DNA of 64,000 nucleotides, from IMG/VR virus record IMGVR_UViG_3300025168_000034, positions 64,001-128,000 of that record. One strand, written 5' to 3'. The stretch's first letter is position 1; the number at the start of each line of letters is the position of its first letter. Positions 36,018 to 45,808 of the stretch are shown here, piece after piece. The notes under the pieces are model-generated. The model saw only the letters and a program-made list of their open reading frames with translations. It was not told where the DNA came from and made no database searches. This stretch comes from a virus. A program made the position numbers and the translations under genes.

Positions 36018-36851
36018 TTACGCCATTGCTGGGGCTGGTGCATCTCCACCAGCTTGCAGTTTTGCCTTGAGCTCTTTATTGTCTGCTATTGCTTTTTTTA
36101 TGTACTTAAATAATTCCTTTCCAAGCACTACAAGCTCAAACCCTTTACCAATCATTGAAGTTATTGATATTATAATACCAAACACACTTGCTCCTGCAAG
36201 AGGAAAGTGCGAAACTCCAAGTGCAAATAAAGCTACTACACCGATAAACTTTACGCTATAAGCTCCTATCTTTTGAGCATTAGGTCCACCACCCATTTGC
36301 CCTATGATCCACTCAATAGCTTGTCCAATTTTTTTCATTACCCAGCCGGCAAGGCCTTTAATGCTGGCATCGAATTTTCCTAGTTTTGTTTTGACTATCT
36401 TTGGATCCATCTTTTTCCCCGTTATCTTTTCAATAGCCGCACAGATAGCTTCGATAAATGCCATGTTTCCTAGAACAAGTGATACGACTGTAAGGATGGA
36501 ATCCAAAAGTCCTCCACCGCTTTCATTTACTGACTGACGTCTTTCATCAACTGTAGGTAATTCTTTTTCAACATCGGATGCTTTAACTTTTGAGATATCA
36601 CCACCCTTTTCAAGGGCAGCCATCATCATTGCTGCTTGCACCTCTTCGTCATCCATATCCTCCCCATCCTTTTCTACCTCTTTAGACACTTTTAAGATGC
36701 CTTGATCGATACCTGATGGTATTCCAGCCTCCTTAAGCATTTTAGATGACGATTTCATAGCTACTGTAATTTCAGCTATCATCTTATTGAATTTACGCTC
36801 TCGCAAAATTCTGTATGTTATTTCAGATAAACTTAATGTTGGCTTATTCAT
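36018..36851 (-). CDS. Hypothetical protein with hydrophobic helices (277 aa)
   Basis: Lies in the head gene cluster. LKE/A and VNE/S sites precede the hydrophobic segments. Confidence 0.65.
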   Translation of the reverse strand: MNKPTLSLSEITYRILRERKFNKMIAEITVAMKSSSKMLKEAGIPSGIDQGILKVSKEVEKDGEDMDDEEVQAAMMMAALEKGGDISKVKASDVEKELPTVDERRQSVNESGGGLLDSILTVVSLVLGNMAFIEAICAAIEKITGKKMDPKIVKTKLGKFDASIKGLAGWVMKKIGQAIEWIIGQMGGGPNAQKIGAYSVKFIGVVALFALGVSHFPLAGASVFGIIISITSMIGKGFELVVLGKELFKYIKKAIADNKELKAKLQAGGDAPAPAMA

Positions 36852-37219
36852 TTCTTTTTGTTTTCAGTAAGGTCACTAAAATTTACTTGAATTGTGTATC
36901 CATCAACATCTACTTCTAAACCTTTTTTTGTTATTGCTTTTACTTCACCCTCTCCAGCTCTCCAATCAGTATTGGTGTTATATTTTTTGACTGCAGATGG
37001 ATCGAAGAACACTTTTAATGCTTTTTCACCACTACCCTTTTTGTCGTCTTTTTTTTCTTCTTCACCTTTGTCACCGCCTTCTTCACCTTTGTCACCACCA
37101 GCATCTCCACCACCCTCTTTTTCAGCAGCAGCAGCGAATGGATTCTCAAGCAACCTATACTCAAGCATTAACTCACCTAATATATCAACAAGTGTGTTTT
37201 TGTTAGTGACCAACTTCAT
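36848..37219 (-). CDS. Hypothetical head-cluster protein (123 aa)
   Basis: Overlapping start/stop with both neighbours. G/E/K-rich linker. Confidence 0.65.
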   Translation of the reverse strand: MKLVTNKNTLVDILGELMLEYRLLENPFAAAAEKEGGGDAGGDKGEEGGDKGEEEKKDDKKGSGEKALKVFFDPSAVKKYNTNTDWRAGEGEVKAITKKGLEVDVDGYTIQVNFSDLTENKKK

Positions 37220-37586
37220 AGTAGCGAGATAGATTGTTACCCATTTCTTCGTACAAAGACTCTAAGCGTTGCTGTAGTTTAGATACTTCAGCTACTGTTT
37301 TAGTGAATTCTTTATTGTTGTTGTTAAGCTCTTTCATGTTTCTCTTCACGGTCACTTCATCAAACCACTCTTCGGTTTCTTGTAAAGCAACGCGTTCTGC
37401 TTTTTCTACAATTTCAGAGATTCTGTTAGCAGCTTCTTTTAATCCTTTGCTACGATAGATTGCTTCTTCAAAGTTTCCGTACTCTTTAATTTCTTCAAGC
37501 ACTTGAGCTTTTTCATTAAGCTTCATTTTTGAGGCGCCGGCATTATCCATTGCTTCGCTAAGTTGTTTTAGTATATTTGTCTTCAT
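37203..37586 (-). CDS. Hypothetical coiled-coil head-cluster protein (127 aa)
   Basis: Coupled to the protease stop. Ends LESLYEEMGNNLSRYYE. Confidence 0.7.
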   Translation of the reverse strand: MKTNILKQLSEAMDNAGASKMKLNEKAQVLEEIKEYGNFEEAIYRSKGLKEAANRISEIVEKAERVALQETEEWFDEVTVKRNMKELNNNNKEFTKTVAEVSKLQQRLESLYEEMGNNLSRYYEVGH

Positions 37587-38200
37587 TACATTACTGATAT
37601 TATCTCACTTATTAGTGAATGGATTCTAGTGTGTTTGTTGTTGTTATTTGAATTGGTGTTTTCGTTTAAAGATGAATTCATAAAAGCACCTTGTGTAGAT
37701 GGATTACTGACCAAATCCCAACATACGATTTCAAAGTCGTCTTGTACTTCTACCTTTCCCTCTCCTAACTCCTTAACAGATCCCATTCCTCTTGAGCTGA
37801 TGCCTAATCTGATTCCAGATTTCATTAACTCCTTTGCAATGTTTCCTGAGGGTGTAGATAATATCTCAATCTTTCCCATTAAGTCAGTCCCTTGCCACCA
37901 CAAATCAAGTACATTGTGAGACACGTTTGATAGGTTTACCACTTGAGAATCTGGATGATCTAATTCGCCTAACGCTCTACGCTCCTTTACAAAAGTGTTT
38001 TTGTAAGTTTCACATTCTTTTTTCAAAATAGGTAAAGGATAGCTCCTTCCATTTTGGTTAAAGTTTTCATCATCGCCAGTACTGGCTCTCTGCATAATTC
38101 CTGACACGATTAGCTTTCCATTGTTTTTGTTCATGGATTCGTTGATCTGTGTAGGTGTTACTTGGATTGATCCTATATAATCTACTAATACTCTTTTCAT
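37586..38200 (-). CDS. gp21: Prohead core protease (T4 gp21-like)
   Basis: NQNGRSYP, ALGELDHP, VSH, GISSRGMGSV, DLVSNPST. Confidence 0.93.
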   Translation of the reverse strand: MKRVLVDYIGSIQVTPTQINESMNKNNGKLIVSGIMQRASTGDDENFNQNGRSYPLPILKKECETYKNTFVKERRALGELDHPDSQVVNLSNVSHNVLDLWWQGTDLMGKIEILSTPSGNIAKELMKSGIRLGISSRGMGSVKELGEGKVEVQDDFEIVCWDLVSNPSTQGAFMNSSLNENTNSNNNNKHTRIHSLISEIISVM

Positions 38201-38952
38201 GATATCATGTGTTTTTGTATGTTAGCAATGACTTCTTCAGGATTATCGATGTTTCCTAATGGTATTTCTTCACTGTAATCTTGGTACGTTAAGTTTCCTT
38301 TATCCCAATCAATAGCGACTGGTTCTCCGTTAAGCATAACGTCAAATTCGAAATGATCAGCACCTATAGGGTTGTGGTCTATGTCGGTAGATCGTATAGC
38401 GTCAAACTGCGGATCACCAACACTATTAAGTAGTGATAGTAGATCTCCTTGAGCTTGCTGTGCAGTCGCTTCTGTTAAGTTATATAGTTGGTTAGCTTTT
38501 TCAGATAATACCGATATGCGTTGATGCATTTTAGCTAAAGCTTCGTTTGTACGTTTCCAATGGATATTGTTATCCATCTTAGATTCATTTTTTAACTTAA
38601 TGCTGTGTTGAAGCATTCTTGCTAACTCTCTAATATTCTTGTTTACTTCTAAGATGTTTGCGTTTACCTTTTGTACTGTCGATCGTGATTCGTCTCGTTT
38701 AAAAGCTTTATATGATACTTCGTTTAATTTTACCGAATATTTAGGATTCCGTTTTTTTGGTCCTTTGATTGAGTATGCATATTCTGGATCAGTTAAATCA
38801 ACCGATTGTGTTCCGTCATCATCCTCATCGCCAGTAAACGCGTTTGGTGTATCGTAGGAGCCAACATTTGCTGTTGTGTTTTCTTTCATCTGAGCAGCCT
38901 GCTCTTTGATGTACTTCTTTAACTCTTCCTTTTCTTCTAAGCTCAATCCCAT
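38197..38952 (-). CDS. Hypothetical head-cluster protein (251 aa)
   Basis: Between portal and protease. MKE, LNE and LTE/A sites. Confidence 0.7.
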   Translation of the reverse strand: MGLSLEEKEELKKYIKEQAAQMKENTTANVGSYDTPNAFTGDEDDDGTQSVDLTDPEYAYSIKGPKKRNPKYSVKLNEVSYKAFKRDESRSTVQKVNANILEVNKNIRELARMLQHSIKLKNESKMDNNIHWKRTNEALAKMHQRISVLSEKANQLYNLTEATAQQAQGDLLSLLNSVGDPQFDAIRSTDIDHNPIGADHFEFDVMLNGEPVAIDWDKGNLTYQDYSEEIPLGNIDNPEEVIANIQKHMIS

Positions 38953-38953
38953 G

Positions 38954-39784
38954 TTATAGTTCTTTAAGAAGTTCGTGATACAACAATAATGAATGAACGT
39001 GATCTTCTTTAACGCGTTTTATTCTTTTGTTGTTGTCGAGTAGCGACATTACCTCTGTCAGTTTAATAGATATAACTTGGTCTTTAACTTTTGAAAGTTT
39101 TTTTGATAATTGAGATTGCAGGTTAATGCTTTCTTTTATTACAAAGTCGCGAAGATTAGTTGTGTTGCTGATATTGTTTATATACTCTCGTAAAACTATC
39201 TGCTGGCTTTCGGATAATTTAGCATACTTAGTGTTAAACTTTTCTAACATTAATTTGTATGCTAACACTCTGACTTCTTCATCTTCCTTAAGAAATTCAA
39301 CTTTCTTTGCTACCGGTCTTTCAGTTGTTTTGGTTATGTGTTCTGTAATAGCAACTCTACTTCTAACTACGTCAGCAGCTTGTGCTATTGATGCACCTTC
39401 AAATACTCTGTAAACAGAAGCGTATATTTTGTAGTTGCTTATTGTTGACTTAAAAAAATCTTTTAGATCGTACTTGTTTTTGATCTCTTTGATTAAGTTG
39501 TATTTTGAATCATTAAGAGATTTTTCGTTTAGCTTTCTGCGCATCTTAATTGTCGTGTTCAGAAGCATAGTAGCTTTTTGAGGCTCTTTAAACTGTTCGT
39601 TTAGCAGTGTTTGATATAATACCAATTCCTTCGCTAAAGCTGTTTTTGCTGCGAAATATTCCTTTATTATCTTGAGTGCGGGAGAGTTTTTTACGCCAGT
39701 CATTGTGTCTGCTGTAATTTGTCTCGTTAGCAACTCAAAAAGAATTCCGGTGTTCTTTATCTTCGAGTGTGTCGACTTCTTCAT
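38954..39784 (-). CDS. Hypothetical head-cluster protein (HSKIKNTGILFELL motif, 276 aa)
   Basis: Directly downstream of the portal. Late motif variant at 39803-39810. Confidence 0.7.
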   Translation of the reverse strand: MKKSTHSKIKNTGILFELLTRQITADTMTGVKNSPALKIIKEYFAAKTALAKELVLYQTLLNEQFKEPQKATMLLNTTIKMRRKLNEKSLNDSKYNLIKEIKNKYDLKDFFKSTISNYKIYASVYRVFEGASIAQAADVVRSRVAITEHITKTTERPVAKKVEFLKEDEEVRVLAYKLMLEKFNTKYAKLSESQQIVLREYINNISNTTNLRDFVIKESINLQSQLSKKLSKVKDQVISIKLTEVMSLLDNNKRIKRVKEDHVHSLLLYHELLKEL

Positions 39785-39802
39785 ATAATGTAATTACCTA
39801 AT

Positions 39803-39810
39803 AATAAATA
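39803..39810 (-). promoter_or_regulatory. Putative late promoter variant TATTTATT
   Basis: 18 nt upstream of ATG 39784. Confidence 0.5.
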
Positions 39811-39828
39811 TGGCGGTTTTTTTTATTA

Positions 39829-41670
39829 CTACTCATCTAACAGGTTTTCTTCGTTGAGAAGACCAGGTTTTTTCTTATCTTTACTGTATGTGCTTTGTAA
39901 TGCAGCAGCTTTGTTAAGATTGTCTTTTAATCCTTTGTAATTGCCAAGGTTTTGTGCTTCATACATTACACGACCTGCAGATTTGTTTTGTTTGTGACCT
40001 GCTGGATCCCACCCTAATGGATGTGTGTGTTTGCCAAATGTGCCAGGTTCTTTAGGTCTTCCTGCTCCAGGCCATCCACCCTCAGGTACTTCTTTTTCAT
40101 CATATCCTTTTGGCACTCCCTCATCTCCTTTATACAAGCTGGCTATGTCGTGTGGTGTACCAAATGACTGACCACTCTCTTTTGGATCATTACCTTCAGT
40201 CTTGATCTGTTCTAATCGGAAGAATTCTTTTGAATCAGCTGCAATACGATCTTGCTCTTCCATCCACTGTTCTGGTTGCATGTTGAATAAGTGTTCGTAA
40301 CACCAAAATCTACTGAATAGTTTCTTTTCAACTAGATCTCCTGCTAACGTAGATTTAGATGTCCACAACTCTAACTTTTCTCTTTCGTAATACGTAGACG
40401 GTGGTGTTAGTTTTAATGAAAAATCGACAATCTCTTCATCAGTAAATCCTTGAGAATATAAGTGTACAATTGCAATCTTAGTAAGCTCGCTTACAATAAT
40501 TTTTTGTACTCTTTCAATTGTTCTTGCAAATCTGAAATCTTGTGATGCTAATGAGGCTTTTCCAGTAGTATCTTCTAAATATCCTAAATATGCTTTTGGA
40601 ATTTTTAACGCACCTAACATTCTATTCTGCAAATACTCAATGTCAGGAATTGAATCCATTTGTAGTCCAGGAGTGGTTTCAATCATTGTTCCGCTTTCTG
40701 CACCACGAACTGGTAAGTAGAAGTCTTCAAGAATATTTTGCATGTTGTACTTGAGGTTGTAATCTCCCGTACTCTCATCTATAAATGGAACCTTTTTCAT
40801 TTTGTTAATCATACCTTCCATAAAAGCGTCAACTTCGTTTGGTGGTATGTTACCAATATCTATTTTAAAAATTCGTTTGTCTGGAGCTCTCATGATACGA
40901 TGAATTAACATTGCATCTTCCATTAGTGTGAGTTGTTTCCATACCTTTCTTGCTGGCTCTAATAAAGATCTACCGTATGGTAAAAAGTTAGTATCATTTA
41001 ATAATCTAAAGTGAGCAATCTCATAATTATCATATTCTTCGGTTGAGTTACGATGTATTGTAGTTGTAGCAATCCCTGACATCATGTCTCTTTTAAAAGT
41101 GACTTTGTTTGGATTTTGTGGATCCATACCCTCTTCTCGTACCATCTCATAAGCTGAGATTGGTTCCACGTTTGTGATTCCATACTTCTCGGTGATGTTT
41201 AGGTGTAGGTAAAAATCACCATATTTCAACGTACTACGTACCCATGGCCATAAATTAAATTCAACATTAAGAATGTCGTAAAATAGATTGTGAAGTACTT
41301 TGTGAATCTTATCATTGTTTGTCATGATAGTAAGTGTATCTTCAAATTCATCTTTAGCGGTACACTCGTCTGAATAAATATCTAATGCTGAAGATATGAT
41401 ACTATCAGAGTCCATTGCTTCATAATCTTTGAATAACTCAATTCTAGTAGCTTGTAATATTTCACCTTGATTGTATGCGGTAGTAATACCAGTTCCATAC
41501 ATTCGATTGAATCGATCAATACGACTATTATTCTGTAAGTTTCCTACAGATTGAAGATTGTCGGTGTCAACCACTTTAAGTTGTTTTCCACCAACATTAC
41601 GAATAATTACATCAGTACTAAATAATTTTCGTAGTCTGCCAAATAAGTTAGGTTTTTTCTCTTCTGCCAT
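39829..41670 (-). CDS. gp20: Portal protein (T4 gp20-like)
   Basis: LMEDAMLIHRIMRAPDKRIFKIDIGNIP, LEDFYLPVRG, ALKIPK. Confidence 0.95.
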   Translation of the reverse strand: MAEEKKPNLFGRLRKLFSTDVIIRNVGGKQLKVVDTDNLQSVGNLQNNSRIDRFNRMYGTGITTAYNQGEILQATRIELFKDYEAMDSDSIISSALDIYSDECTAKDEFEDTLTIMTNNDKIHKVLHNLFYDILNVEFNLWPWVRSTLKYGDFYLHLNITEKYGITNVEPISAYEMVREEGMDPQNPNKVTFKRDMMSGIATTTIHRNSTEEYDNYEIAHFRLLNDTNFLPYGRSLLEPARKVWKQLTLMEDAMLIHRIMRAPDKRIFKIDIGNIPPNEVDAFMEGMINKMKKVPFIDESTGDYNLKYNMQNILEDFYLPVRGAESGTMIETTPGLQMDSIPDIEYLQNRMLGALKIPKAYLGYLEDTTGKASLASQDFRFARTIERVQKIIVSELTKIAIVHLYSQGFTDEEIVDFSLKLTPPSTYYEREKLELWTSKSTLAGDLVEKKLFSRFWCYEHLFNMQPEQWMEEQDRIAADSKEFFRLEQIKTEGNDPKESGQSFGTPHDIASLYKGDEGVPKGYDEKEVPEGGWPGAGRPKEPGTFGKHTHPLGWDPAGHKQNKSAGRVMYEAQNLGNYKGLKDNLNKAAALQSTYSKDKKKPGLLNEENLLDE

Positions 41671-41684
41671 TCTTGTTTATTTTA

Positions 41685-41692
41685 TATAAATA
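41685..41692 (-). promoter_or_regulatory. Putative late promoter motif TATTTATA
   Basis: 14 nt upstream of the portal ATG. Confidence 0.65.
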
Positions 41693-41694
41693 GG

Positions 41695-43257
41695 CTACAA
41701 TAACCAATTTAAGTCTTCGTCTTTGCCTTTTACATCCATTTTCCATGAATCAGTTTTGTGAGATGTTCTATACACTGCGGTTGATTTTGCATGATCTAAA
41801 GCTCTCTTTGTTAGCTCGATTCCTGCTTGACGTAGCTTTAATGCTGTGTCTCTTACCCACAATGCCATACACCAACTCATTACCAAATCATCATTGTATC
41901 CTAATTGTGCTTCAGGTCTTGCGTTTCTCCATATGAAAACGCCAAGTTCATCAAGAAGCCTTCTACTCCTTATTATACAACTTTTTTCCCTCATATACAA
42001 CTCCATCTTGGAAATAATTAATGGTCGTACTTTTGAAGACATTGTAAAGCCAGCTACCTGATCTTTGGTACGTTGTACATCTGTTGCTCGAGCTAGATAT
42101 CTATCTGAATCTAATCCTATATCTTTTGGTGTGTAATATAGGTTTTTATATGAACGATCAATTACTTGTTGTATAGTTGCCCATCCTATATTTGCATTTT
42201 CAATAACAAGCAGTGCATCATTATACTCTGTAGCAATAGACACCAGCATGTTGCCATAATCCTTTGTTGTTACTTGCCCTTTATATTCAGCTACTTGTGT
42301 TGCCTCTTCTAAATCAAACACGTGGAATGCTGAGTAATCTGTTCCATCTCCACGAGCAACATCAGCTACTACCACATAATCCTTTGTATAATTTGGGATC
42401 TCCCACACATGTAAATTACTATCAAATCCTCGTTTTTCAATTGGATCTTGCATGTAGGTTTGTCTGTAGAAGTTTAACATGTCTGGATGTACAACAGTAT
42501 TACCTGATGTACTGAAATCGCAATCACACTCTTGTGCAGCTAGCCTAGCTCCTAACTCATCATCTTGCCTATCTCTCCACTCCTGATCTCTTTCTGGATG
42601 TACTTGCCATGGAAGTCTTTTGGTAAAAAATTGATTCTCTCCTTCTTCTGATTTCATCCATATCTTATGAAAGAAGTTACCGGTACCGTTTGGTGTACTT
42701 AATATAACGCCTCTACCTCCAGTTGCTAAGGTTTGTTGTAGGGATGCCCACAACTCTTCTGCATTATCAACGAATGCTGCCTCATCAATTATTACTAATG
42801 ATAATGCTTCTGAACGTCCTGATGTTCCTGAGCTGGCAACAGCTTTGATTTGTGATCCGTTTGTTAATCGTAGTGACAGTTTATTTTTTTCTGTTGTCTT
42901 TAATCGCAGCCAACTTGGTAAGTTTTCAAACATTACACTAACCTTTGTTACAAGGTTTTTAGATGTGTTTTGGTCAATTGCAACAACAAGAATGTTTTTA
43001 TCGCTATGAAATAACATTGTCCACAAAGAGTATCCTGCAGATAATGTTGATATTCCTAGCTGACGTGACTTGAGTATGATAACCCTGTCATTGTCTTGCA
43101 TGTCATTGGTAAGCTCTTCTTGGTAGGGATACAACTTAAATGGTATCTTTCCTTTTGATGGATGCTGGATTAGACAGTATTTTTTCATAAAGTATACTGG
43201 ATCCTTAGCACATTTTACGTACTCAGTCCTTATTAGCTTTTTTAAATCTACACTCAT
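41695..43257 (-). CDS. gp17: Terminase large subunit (T4 gp17-like)
   Basis: KSRQLGIST, IIDEAAF, LSTPNG, ADVARGDGTDYSAF, NDDLVMS. Confidence 0.96.
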   Translation of the reverse strand: MSVDLKKLIRTEYVKCAKDPVYFMKKYCLIQHPSKGKIPFKLYPYQEELTNDMQDNDRVIILKSRQLGISTLSAGYSLWTMLFHSDKNILVVAIDQNTSKNLVTKVSVMFENLPSWLRLKTTEKNKLSLRLTNGSQIKAVASSGTSGRSEALSLVIIDEAAFVDNAEELWASLQQTLATGGRGVILSTPNGTGNFFHKIWMKSEEGENQFFTKRLPWQVHPERDQEWRDRQDDELGARLAAQECDCDFSTSGNTVVHPDMLNFYRQTYMQDPIEKRGFDSNLHVWEIPNYTKDYVVVADVARGDGTDYSAFHVFDLEEATQVAEYKGQVTTKDYGNMLVSIATEYNDALLVIENANIGWATIQQVIDRSYKNLYYTPKDIGLDSDRYLARATDVQRTKDQVAGFTMSSKVRPLIISKMELYMREKSCIIRSRRLLDELGVFIWRNARPEAQLGYNDDLVMSWCMALWVRDTALKLRQAGIELTKRALDHAKSTAVYRTSHKTDSWKMDVKGKDEDLNWLL

Positions 43258-43680
43258 CTATTTTATAAATAGTACTAGAATAGTTGTTAAAATTGCTGCT
43301 CCACAACCTGCTCCTAACCAACGCTGATTGCGTTTAAGTTTTTCATTTTGTCTTTGCAAATCTTCTAGTCCAGTAACATATATGTTGATTTGTTGAGATT
43401 GAGCATTAACCTGCTTTCTGCATAATATTGATTTTTCTGTGCTATGTTGTATTAGACTATCCTGCTTTGCTATTTTTTCATTAGCTAGCTCTAAAAGCAA
43501 GTAAGTGTAGTCAAACATTTCAACACACTGATCATACTTAATTAGATCTTCTGCTATTTGTTGTGCTGTACTGTATGGTAAAACTACGACAGAATCTTCG
43601 TTATTTTGGGTATCGGTCTGCGAAAAACTGGTCAAGGTCAGTGACAGTAAAACGCTCAATATCATTAAGCTCTTCTTCAT
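43258..43680 (-). CDS. Exported coiled-coil protein with a C-terminal hydrophobic anchor (o-spanin position)
   Basis: Signal peptide MKKSLMILSVLLSLTLTSFS/Q, coiled coil, WLGAGCGAAILTTILVLFIK. Overlaps the upstream gene by 80 nt. Confidence 0.55.
   Translation of the reverse strand: MKKSLMILSVLLSLTLTSFSQTDTQNNEDSVVVLPYSTAQQIAEDLIKYDQCVEMFDYTYLLLELANEKIAKQDSLIQHSTEKSILCRKQVNAQSQQINIYVTGLEDLQRQNEKLKRNQRWLGAGCGAAILTTILVLFIK
43264..43271 (-). promoter_or_regulatory. Putative late promoter motif TATTTATA embedded in the upstream CDS
   Basis: 6 nt upstream of the terminase ATG. Confidence 0.6.
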
Positions 43681-43957
43681 GTTGTTTTTGTATTTGTATG
43701 ATTTGAGTTTCAGTAGCATTTATCTCCACGTCAAGTAAAGATATGTCTTGCTGGAAGCTTGTTATTAGGCTATCTTTTTCAAATTGTTGATATTCTAAAA
43801 CAGAAATTGCATTTGAAAGACTGTCTACAAGTTGCTGATTTTCTTTTGTTAATCCGGTGTTGCTTGTAGGTTGCGGTTTGACAAAATACCATACGGCAAA
43901 TACCACAACGACTGTGTATAGTGCCAGGAAGATAAGGTGGAATCTATTTAGAGTCAT
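43601..43957 (-). CDS. i-spanin-like protein (N-terminal TM helix plus coiled coil)
   Basis: LIFLALYTVVVVFAVWYFV followed by heptad repeats. Confidence 0.55.
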   Translation of the reverse strand: MTLNRFHLIFLALYTVVVVFAVWYFVKPQPTSNTGLTKENQQLVDSLSNAISVLEYQQFEKDSLITSFQQDISLLDVEINATETQIIQIQKQHEEELNDIERFTVTDLDQFFADRYPK

Positions 43958-43971
43958 AACTTGTTTTATTT

Positions 43972-45000
43972 CTACTCGCCTTTGGCTTTGTAGTTTTTGT
44001 CAACGTAGTTGAAGAATTCTTTCTTCTTCTTATCACTCAAACCTTTTGGTGATTTTACGCCAAACTTGTCCATTGCCGATTTGAAAAACTTTTGGTATTC
44101 GGTATCTTCTTTTAATCGGTTTACGATTGATTCTGTTTTTGTGTTCATGTCGTTTTCTTTAAGATTTTTCAAAAGTCTGTCGTCTAAAAAGTCAATTTTA
44201 TCCGCCATCTGTCCTACTAATCCATATACTTTACTCCAGATTTCTTCTGGTACTTTTGGTGGTTTGTTTGCTCCTAAAATTCTATCAAGCTCATTAACAT
44301 GTTTATATACTTGATCGTAAAATGTTTTGTATTTTGGATCTATTGCTTCGTTCATAGTGCCTCCTAGATGATTCATTATTTCTTTTTTAAATTCTTCTAA
44401 TTCTTGATCGTTAAGATTTCTATATACTTTTTCTCGTAAATTTTTAATGAGTTTAGATGCTTCGGTTAAACCTTTACCCTCGTTGAGAGACTCACTAATT
44501 CTCTTTCCCAACATTCCTAATCTGTCTAAGTCTTTTAAATCTTTTATATACTCATCCGTTGCTGCAAGAATCACTCCCATCTTATCCTTTTGATTTTCGC
44601 CACTATAAAAGTTAAGCTCAGTCACTCTTGGATTGAATTTTTCTCCTCCTGGCTTATCCTTGAAGTTAGAGTTGTAATATTGAGTTTGATGTACTGCGAA
44701 TGTTTGTCCAGAAGTTTCCGTAAATGTGTGATATTGAACATGTACAAACATTGGAGCATATTGTCCCATTCTTTTTTTGATAGGACTTGCATCAGAAGCT
44801 TTCAAATTCGCTTCAGCTTTTGACATGCTCTTTACAGCGTTTGGAAAATATTTTGTAATAAACTCCATATCTTCGCTGTCAGGCTTCTTCTGCATAGCAT
44901 CTGCTATGACCTTTGCTCCGGAGAAGTCATCGTCTGTATATTCTTTTAGAGGTGTCATTGCTTTGACTGTGCTTTCTATTAGTTTGTCCAGTTTTTTCAT
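43972..45000 (-). CDS. Multi-module hypothetical protein, putative capsid-internal (342 aa)
   Basis: Modules separated by LKE, LNE, LTE, MNE, LKE and LKE. Ends with a YQKFFKSAMDKFGVKSP..KKKEFFNYVDKNY module. Confidence 0.7.
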   Translation of the reverse strand: MKKLDKLIESTVKAMTPLKEYTDDDFSGAKVIADAMQKKPDSEDMEFITKYFPNAVKSMSKAEANLKASDASPIKKRMGQYAPMFVHVQYHTFTETSGQTFAVHQTQYYNSNFKDKPGGEKFNPRVTELNFYSGENQKDKMGVILAATDEYIKDLKDLDRLGMLGKRISESLNEGKGLTEASKLIKNLREKVYRNLNDQELEEFKKEIMNHLGGTMNEAIDPKYKTFYDQVYKHVNELDRILGANKPPKVPEEIWSKVYGLVGQMADKIDFLDDRLLKNLKENDMNTKTESIVNRLKEDTEYQKFFKSAMDKFGVKSPKGLSDKKKKEFFNYVDKNYKAKGE

Positions 45001-45401
45001 CGTAAGCTGTCTTCTTTTATTCTTTGTAGGATTGTTAGCTTGTCCTGGTTTCCGTAACCAAAACTCTCTAACATGTCAACCACTATTGCAATTATGTCAG
45101 TTTGATCCACTTCAGCAGTGGCGTCTTTGAGTTTCTTAATATAAAGATCAGTAAGATTTTGTAGTTCCTCATCAAGACCTGGCTCTTCCTCTTCTTCCGG
45201 CTCTTCGGTCGGTTCCTCAGTCGGTTCCTCAGTCGGTTCTTCAGGTTTAGCATCCGGCTCATCAGAAACGTCAGCTGCTGCTTCTTCCTCTTCCTCTTCG
45301 GGTGGTGCACCGCCTGCTCCTTCCATAAGAGCTTTGTGCAATTCTCGTTTTACGAGCTCTCTAATTAAGGCTTGTTGTAGTTGTTTTTTTGTACGCTTCA
45401 T
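44997..45401 (-). CDS. Acidic hypothetical protein (134 aa) with EEPT repeats (12 bp x3 at 45208-45243)
   Basis: ATGA-coupled on both sides. LME/G after a basic leader. Confidence 0.7.
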   Translation of the reverse strand: MKRTKKQLQQALIRELVKRELHKALMEGAGGAPPEEEEEEAAADVSDEPDAKPEEPTEEPTEEPTEEPEEEEEPGLDEELQNLTDLYIKKLKDATAEVDQTDIIAIVVDMLESFGYGNQDKLTILQRIKEDSLR

Positions 45402-45805
45402 TTAATTACGTTTTTAAATTTAACATCATCTCCTGAGAAGTTCTTTTTGTCTTCTGAGTCGAACATTATGCCTTCAAGAGTGGCGTGTCCATCTTTTTCT
45501 TTTCGCTTAATCTTACAGATTGTTGCATCTAGCTTTTCTAATCCATTAAGAACATACACTAATCCAAACATGCACTGCTTCTTAGAACATTTAGCAACAA
45601 TATATGCTTTAGATACTACCAAGCTCATATCTCCAAAATTGGTAAGATCGGCTGTGTATATTTTTACATCATCCTTTACACCAACATAATCAAATAGTAC
45701 GTCGTATCCGTCACTAAGTTCGCCAAACTTACGAACATAATCTAACCACTCTGTTCCGTCGTTTTCATTAATTTGTTGTAAGGGCATTAAATCTCTAAGC
45801 TTCAT
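45398..45805 (-). CDS. Hypothetical protein (135 aa)
   Basis: Leader MKLRDLMPLQQINE/N. Confidence 0.7.
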   Translation of the reverse strand: MKLRDLMPLQQINENDGTEWLDYVRKFGELSDGYDVLFDYVGVKDDVKIYTADLTNFGDMSLVVSKAYIVAKCSKKQCMFGLVYVLNGLEKLDATICKIKRKEKDGHATLEGIMFDSEDKKNFSGDDVKFKNVIK

Positions 45806-45808
45806 ATT

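Noticed and set aside
3605-43257. Inteins or introns in RNR, helicase, RecA, capsid, portal or terminase
   Set aside because: Lengths and motif spacing are normal, and no splice or homing-endonuclease motifs were seen.
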